64,000 nt of DNA from Alphaproteobacteria bacterium (GTDB taxonomy: Bacteria > Pseudomonadota > Alphaproteobacteria > CBCXTS01). The notes under the pieces are model-generated. The model worked only from the letters and a program-made list of their open reading frames with translations. It ran no database searches and was not told the origin of the DNA. The stretch is taken from NCBI GenBank assembly GCA_965178085.1, contig CBCXTS010000026.1, positions 90,205 to 154,204 of the forward strand, in the 5' to 3' direction. A program made the position numbers and the translations under genes. Below, in pieces: positions 59,184 through 64,000 of the stretch. How positions within the stretch are numbered: position 1 is the first letter of the stretch; each line of letters starts with the position of its first letter.

Positions 59184-60527
59184 TTAATCAACAAGGATAG
59201 CTGCTTTTTTATAGCGTAGCCATATCAGCAATGATAATGCCGGTACAGCTAATATAATTGTAATGAGGAAAAAATTAACCCAACCTAATTGCTCGACTAG
59301 CCAACCTGATTCAATTGATAATAATGTCCTACCAAATGAAGAAAAAGAAGATAGAAGCGCGAATTGAGTAGCAGTGAAATCACGGTTACATAGTGCTCCA
59401 AGAAAAGCTACAAAAATTGCGGTTGCCAGCCCTCCAGTAAAATTATCGCTACTAATAGCTACAAGCAATCTGATGTTATCTATTTCTAACTCCAAATCTA
59501 AAAAGGCAATAGCAGAACCTGTTAAACTGTCGCCTCCTAGAGCAATCCAGACAAAAAATAAATTGGTTACAGCTTGCGCAATACCAGCAATAATAAGCGC
59601 ATAAAACAGCCCTACACGCAGTGCTAATACCCCTCCGGTTCCAATTCCTATAAGGGTAGCCCAAAAGCCCCAAATTTTTGTGATAGAGCCAATTTCAAAT
59701 CCAGAATACCCCATTTCATGATAAAATGGATTTGCCATAGGACCTAAAATAGCATCACCAAATTTGTATAAAACAATCAAAAGCAATAATGGCAATGTTA
59801 GATTGGCGTATCGCTGTACGAATTCACTAAAGGGCTTGATAACAATTTGCTTAAATAGCTCTAAGAGCGTTTGATGGTGCTCTTTTTTTTGATTGCTTTT
59901 ATGTGGTTCATTGGCCAGTAAAACAATGAACATACATGCAATAATCAACATCGCTAGAATATAAAAAACAAATGGCCAATCTACAAAATCTGAAAGTGCA
60001 AAAGCACCACCACCAGCAATGAGCATTCCAATACGGTATCCGTAAACGAAAATAGCTGAACCCATGGCTTGTTCATCACGCTCAAGCAACTCAATCCGCC
60101 AAGCGTCTAGCACGATGTCTTGGCTGGCAGCAAAAAATGCAACCGCAATGCTTGCTAGCGCGGTGAAAAGAAGTTGCTCATGGGGATTTGACAATCCTAT
60201 CATGGCAACGGAAATAGTTAAGAAAAACTGAAAAACAAGAGCCCATCCACGACGTTGTCCAAAACGGCGTACGATAGTAGGCGGTGCAAGATGGTCAAGC
60301 AAAGGCGCCCATAAAAATTTAAAAGAATACGGCAATCCAACAGCTGCAAATAAACCAATTGTAGATTTATCGATACCAATTGTTGAAAACCAATATCCTA
60401 AAGTAGATAGTGTAATTAACAAAGGCAGACCAGATGCAAAGCCAAGGCCTAAAATCATAGCCCATCGTGGTTCAGTTAATTTGGATAATCTATGTAAGAA
60501 GGTGTTTGGCAAAATGTTTAGCCGCAT
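59184..60527 (-). CDS. ampG: AmpG family muropeptide MFS permease
   Basis: GFASGLP, KFLWAPL.D, RRGW, ASQDIV.DAWRIE, ATQFALLSS. Confidence 0.92.
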   Translation of the reverse strand: MRLNILPNTFLHRLSKLTEPRWAMILGLGFASGLPLLITLSTLGYWFSTIGIDKSTIGLFAAVGLPYSFKFLWAPLLDHLAPPTIVRRFGQRRGWALVFQFFLTISVAMIGLSNPHEQLLFTALASIAVAFFAASQDIVLDAWRIELLERDEQAMGSAIFVYGYRIGMLIAGGGAFALSDFVDWPFVFYILAMLIIACMFIVLLANEPHKSNQKKEHHQTLLELFKQIVIKPFSEFVQRYANLTLPLLLLIVLYKFGDAILGPMANPFYHEMGYSGFEIGSITKIWGFWATLIGIGTGGVLALRVGLFYALIIAGIAQAVTNLFFVWIALGGDSLTGSAIAFLDLELEIDNIRLLVAISSDNFTGGLATAIFVAFLGALCNRDFTATQFALLSSFSSFGRTLLSIESGWLVEQLGWVNFFLITIILAVPALSLLIWLRYKKAAILVD

Positions 60528-60727
60528 GATAGATGTTGTTCTTTTAAGGATAAATTTGTAGGCTATAATAGCGTTGTTAACATAAATTTGATAGTTTTAG
60601 CATCAATAAATCATGCAAAAAATAAATAAATATTGAAATTGAATCTTGCATTTTTGTTTCTATCTTGGCACAAGTTTTTAAAAGTTTAAAGAATGATGAT
60701 TGGTTGTGATATTTTGGAGGGAATAGA

Positions 60728-61321
60728 ATGGAGCATATTGCTAATAGAATCAAAGAGCAAACGACAGTAGAACAAAATATTTATGAGTGCACAAAAAAGA
60801 CATATGCACCTAGCAAAGAAAATATGAAATTAGATTATAGCAAACAGCATAATGTGTGTGCCAACAATGATCATCATCAATCAACGAATGTATCTGGTCC
60901 TTTAATTCCTGATAATTATAGTCCATCCCAATCGGAAGAATTCATGAACCCAGTGATGTGTGAATATTTCAAACAAAAGTTATTGGCATGGAAAAAAGAT
61001 TTAATTAATGATTCACAAACAGCACTTGCAGTGTTGAAAACACAATTACTGTCTTATCCTGATGCCGTCGATAGGGCTTCATCAGAATTTGATAGCCATT
61101 TGTTTTTGCGCACGAGTGAACGCGAGTATAAACTCATCAATAAGATCGACATTGCATTGGATAAAATTAACCGTGGTGAGTATGGATATTGTGAAAAAAC
61201 AGGGGAGCCTATTTCTGTAAAAAGATTAGAGGCTAGGCTGGTTGCCACATTGTGTCTTGAAGCCCAAGAATCACATGAACGCAATGAGCGAATGCAGCGA
61301 GAAGATTGCCAAGAAAATTAA
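60728..61321 (+). CDS. dksA: RNA polymerase-binding protein DksA (CxxT-x17-CxxA, N-terminal extension)
   Basis: EEFMN, DAVDRAS coiled-coil tip, YGYCEKTGEPI..KRL.AR..A.LC.EAQ; SD GGAGG. Confidence 0.92.
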   Translation: MEHIANRIKEQTTVEQNIYECTKKTYAPSKENMKLDYSKQHNVCANNDHHQSTNVSGPLIPDNYSPSQSEEFMNPVMCEYFKQKLLAWKKDLINDSQTALAVLKTQLLSYPDAVDRASSEFDSHLFLRTSEREYKLINKIDIALDKINRGEYGYCEKTGEPISVKRLEARLVATLCLEAQESHERNERMQREDCQEN

Positions 61322-61481
61322 AAAACCTTATAACTACCAAATGCATAGATGGCTATCTGCATTGGCTTTGTCACTTAAGTCAAGATTGCCATTAGTGTAG
61401 TTATCATTAGCTCAGCGTTGATATTATTTTTAAGGTTAATGATATTAATAAGTTAAATTTAAAATCAAAGGTACATTTGTT

Positions 61482-63173
61482 ATGCCAGTAATGCCGGTCC
61501 ATAAATATAAAAAATTCAAGCCCATCGGGCTAAGAGATCGTACTTGGCCTGACAATGAAATCCTAAAAGCGCCTATATGGTGCAGTGTCGATTTGCGCGA
61601 TGGAAATCAAGCGCTTGTTCAACCGATGGGGATGGAGCGTAAAAAGCGCATGTTCAATAAGCTTGTTGAAATTGGCTATAAGGAAATTGAAGTTGGCTTT
61701 CCATCGGCTTCGCAAACCGATTTTGACTTTGTACGTGCTTTGATTGAAGGAGATTGCATTCCAGAGGATGTTAAAATTCAGGTTTTGACACAAGCACGAG
61801 ATCACTTAATTGAACGTACTTTTGAGGCCATTGAAGGAAGCAAGAACGCAATTTTACATTTTTATAATTCAACATCAACCTTGCAACGCAGGGTTGTTTT
61901 TAACATGGACCGTAATGGAATTTGCGATATTGCAGTCCATGGTGCCAAAAAAATCAAAGAGCTTACGCGTATGATGCAAAACACCACATTGCATTATGAG
62001 TATTCACCAGAAAGTTTTACCCAAACAGAGCTTGAATTTTCACGAGAGATATGTGCTCGTGTTATGGATGTTTTAGAGCCTAGCCCTGATCATCCTATTA
62101 TTTTGAATTTACCTGCAACTGTTGAAGTTGCAGGGCCTCATATTTATGCAGATCAGATAGAATGGATGCATCGCAATTTACCAAATCGTTCTTGTGTTGT
62201 TTTATCTTTGCATCCCCATAATGATAGAGGCTGCGGTGTTGCAGCAGCAGAGTTAGGTTTAATGGCAGGAGCCGATCGAATTGAAGGTACATTATTTGGC
62301 AATGGTGAGCGCACAGGCAATGTTGACTTAGTGACATTAGGGATGAATATGGTATCGCAAGGTTTAGATGCTGGGATCGATTTTTCAAAGATGCAAGAAT
62401 TGGTTAATGTCGCTCAATATTGTAACAGATTGGATGTTCCAGAGCGCCATCCCTATGCTGGTTCATTGGTGTTTACAGCTTTTTCAGGCTCGCATCAAGA
62501 TGCCATCAATAAAGGTAAGCGGGCATTAGAATCTAAAAATTCTGATCTTTGGGAGGTGCCTTATTTGCCCATTGATCCTAATGATGTTGGTGCAACATAT
62601 GAGGCAGTGATAAGGATTAATAGCCAGTCTGGTAAAGGTGGCATAGCTTGGGTGTTAGAAAATGATTTTGGCTTGCGAGTGCCTAAAAATTTGCAAATAG
62701 AATTTGCTAGCATTATTCAAGAGATTGCTGATTCTTCTGGTGAAGAGATTGATTCTAAAACCATATGGAATATTTTCAAAAACACCTATATTGATAATAG
62801 CAATCCTTATCAGTTGATTTCACATCATTCTGGACCTGATGCGCATGCCTCAGAAAAACGCATCATTAATGCAAAACTCTTATATCAACAACAACCAATT
62901 GAAATATTAGGTCGAGGAACGGGCCCTGTAGATGGGCTTGTTAATGGTCTTATTAAACATAGTGGACATGAGCTGCGGGTAGTTGATTATGTTGAGCATG
63001 CTATTGGTTATGGCTCAGATACTAAGGCAGCATCTTATATTGAGCTTTCAAATGGGCAAGGAAAAGCAATGTTTGGAGTGGGGCTTGATAATAACATTAC
63101 AACAGCAACACTTAAAGCTATTATAGCAGCAGCGAATCGTATTTTATCCAATCAAACTGCTAAAGCTACATAA
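61482..63173 (+). CDS. leuA: 2-isopropylmalate synthase (LeuA type 2)
   Basis: WCSVDLRDGNQAL, YSPESF, HPHNDRG, GNGERTGN, SGSHQDAI. Confidence 0.96.
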   Translation: MPVMPVHKYKKFKPIGLRDRTWPDNEILKAPIWCSVDLRDGNQALVQPMGMERKKRMFNKLVEIGYKEIEVGFPSASQTDFDFVRALIEGDCIPEDVKIQVLTQARDHLIERTFEAIEGSKNAILHFYNSTSTLQRRVVFNMDRNGICDIAVHGAKKIKELTRMMQNTTLHYEYSPESFTQTELEFSREICARVMDVLEPSPDHPIILNLPATVEVAGPHIYADQIEWMHRNLPNRSCVVLSLHPHNDRGCGVAAAELGLMAGADRIEGTLFGNGERTGNVDLVTLGMNMVSQGLDAGIDFSKMQELVNVAQYCNRLDVPERHPYAGSLVFTAFSGSHQDAINKGKRALESKNSDLWEVPYLPIDPNDVGATYEAVIRINSQSGKGGIAWVLENDFGLRVPKNLQIEFASIIQEIADSSGEEIDSKTIWNIFKNTYIDNSNPYQLISHHSGPDAHASEKRIINAKLLYQQQPIEILGRGTGPVDGLVNGLIKHSGHELRVVDYVEHAIGYGSDTKAASYIELSNGQGKAMFGVGLDNNITTATLKAIIAAANRILSNQTAKAT

Positions 63174-63201
63174 GCAAGAACAATAGAAAAAGGCCTAGAG
63201 A

Positions 63202-63678
63202 ATGAGTAAAGATTATCCGGTTTCGTGGGAAGAGTTACATCGCAATGCTCGATTACTTGCTTGGCGTCTTGCTGATATGGGGCCATTTGAAAGAGTTATC
63301 GCTGTTGCACGAGGTGGTATGGTGCCAGCAACGATTGTTGCACGAGAGTTAGAGCTTCGTTATCTCGACACTATTTGTATTGCAAGCTATGATCACAAAC
63401 AAATGCAGGAAGTAACAGTATTGAAAGATATTGCAGGAGATGGCGCTGGTTGGCTGATTGTAGACGATCTTGTTGATACCGGTACCACTGCTCGCCATGT
63501 AAGATCAATGTTGCCAAAGGCGCATTTTGCTACTATTTATGCCAAACCTGAAGGAAAACCATTGGTAGATAGTTTTGTAACAGAAGTTTCACAAGACACG
63601 TGGATTTTATTTCCATGGGATTGTGCTATTGCCTATGCAGAGCCAATCAAAGATAGGTATCTTGCTCAAAGGACATAA
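63202..63678 (+). CDS. gpt: Xanthine phosphoribosyltransferase
   Basis: VSW..LH, RGG.VP, VDDLVDTG.T, QDTWI.FPW. Confidence 0.93.
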   Translation: MSKDYPVSWEELHRNARLLAWRLADMGPFERVIAVARGGMVPATIVARELELRYLDTICIASYDHKQMQEVTVLKDIAGDGAGWLIVDDLVDTGTTARHVRSMLPKAHFATIYAKPEGKPLVDSFVTEVSQDTWILFPWDCAIAYAEPIKDRYLAQRT

Positions 63679-63707
63679 ATGGCTTATTGATAGTTTGGTA
63701 AGATATT

Positions 63708-64000
63708 ATGAGCGCTCGTGATAAAAAAAAATTAGCATATTGGCTAGATAATATCCCAAATTCTAAATCTGTAGCAGCGTTTGTAGCAGGCCCTGGTATC
63801 CAAAAGCTTGATATTAAGTTTGATCTTGATAAGCTTGTTGAAGCCCTTGAGCAATGTTTAAATGTTAGTAATTTCCAGGGTAATATTGATCATAAAGCAT
63901 ATGGGTTTGAAGCACTACCTTTAACACAACGTGTTAATCAGCAAGATCATAGCAGTAACGATTTATCTGGTCGCTATTGGCTAAGAAACGATCAAACATA
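63708..64000 (+). CDS. Hypothetical protein, 5' part (runs off the window end)
   Basis: Hand translation MSARDKKKLAYWLDN...KFDLDKLVEAL...DLSGRYWLRNDQT, no stop to the window end. Confidence 0.65.
   Translation, partial: MSARDKKKLAYWLDNIPNSKSVAAFVAGPGIQKLDIKFDLDKLVEALEQCLNVSNFQGNIDHKAYGFEALPLTQRVNQQDHSSNDLSGRYWLRNDQT

Noticed and set aside
208-62388. Numerous 60-150-aa ORFs nested in or antisense to long genes
   Set aside because: Shadow ORFs of well-supported genes without recognisable motifs or ribosome-binding sites.

Overview
Low-GC chromosomal segment of an alphaproteobacterium, probably Rhodospirillales-like. The taxonomy is inferred from the dnaB-alr-mlaE-mlaF-radA-cvpA-purF-SDR synteny, ihfB-lapA and a Zn-free DksA. 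Most of the window is housekeeping: trkH, argE, tRNA-Pro(CGG), rpmI-rplT-pheST, lpdA, cell-wall enzymes, a frameshifted DinG helicase, dnaB to purF, ETF-QO, UDG, ampG, dksA, leuA and gpt. It also holds a pstSCAB phosphate operon, divergent from a purine uptake and catabolism cluster (uraH, xdhABC, BMP-type ABC transporter, puuD, uraD, guaD, puuE). The standout is the last pst gene, a single 489-aa PhoU-PhoB fusion. Its receiver domain has lost both the phospho-acceptor Asp (N300) and the conserved Lys (Q352) but keeps a PhoB-type DNA-binding domain. No phoR is present at its usual place, and Pho-box-like repeats lie upstream of both pstS and the fusion gene. This suggests a kinase-independent, one-component phosphate regulator. 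Other items worth follow-up: an 11-TPR + DUF2971-like protein next to the tRNA with a recently shuffled repeat array; a multi-helix RNA leader before rpmI; dispersed HddA/DmhA/ColD-like genes that could make a 3,6-dideoxyheptose; and many short perfect tandem duplications across the window. No CRISPR array, integrase, transposase or rRNA was seen. All family assignments come from motif recognition by eye, not database searches.
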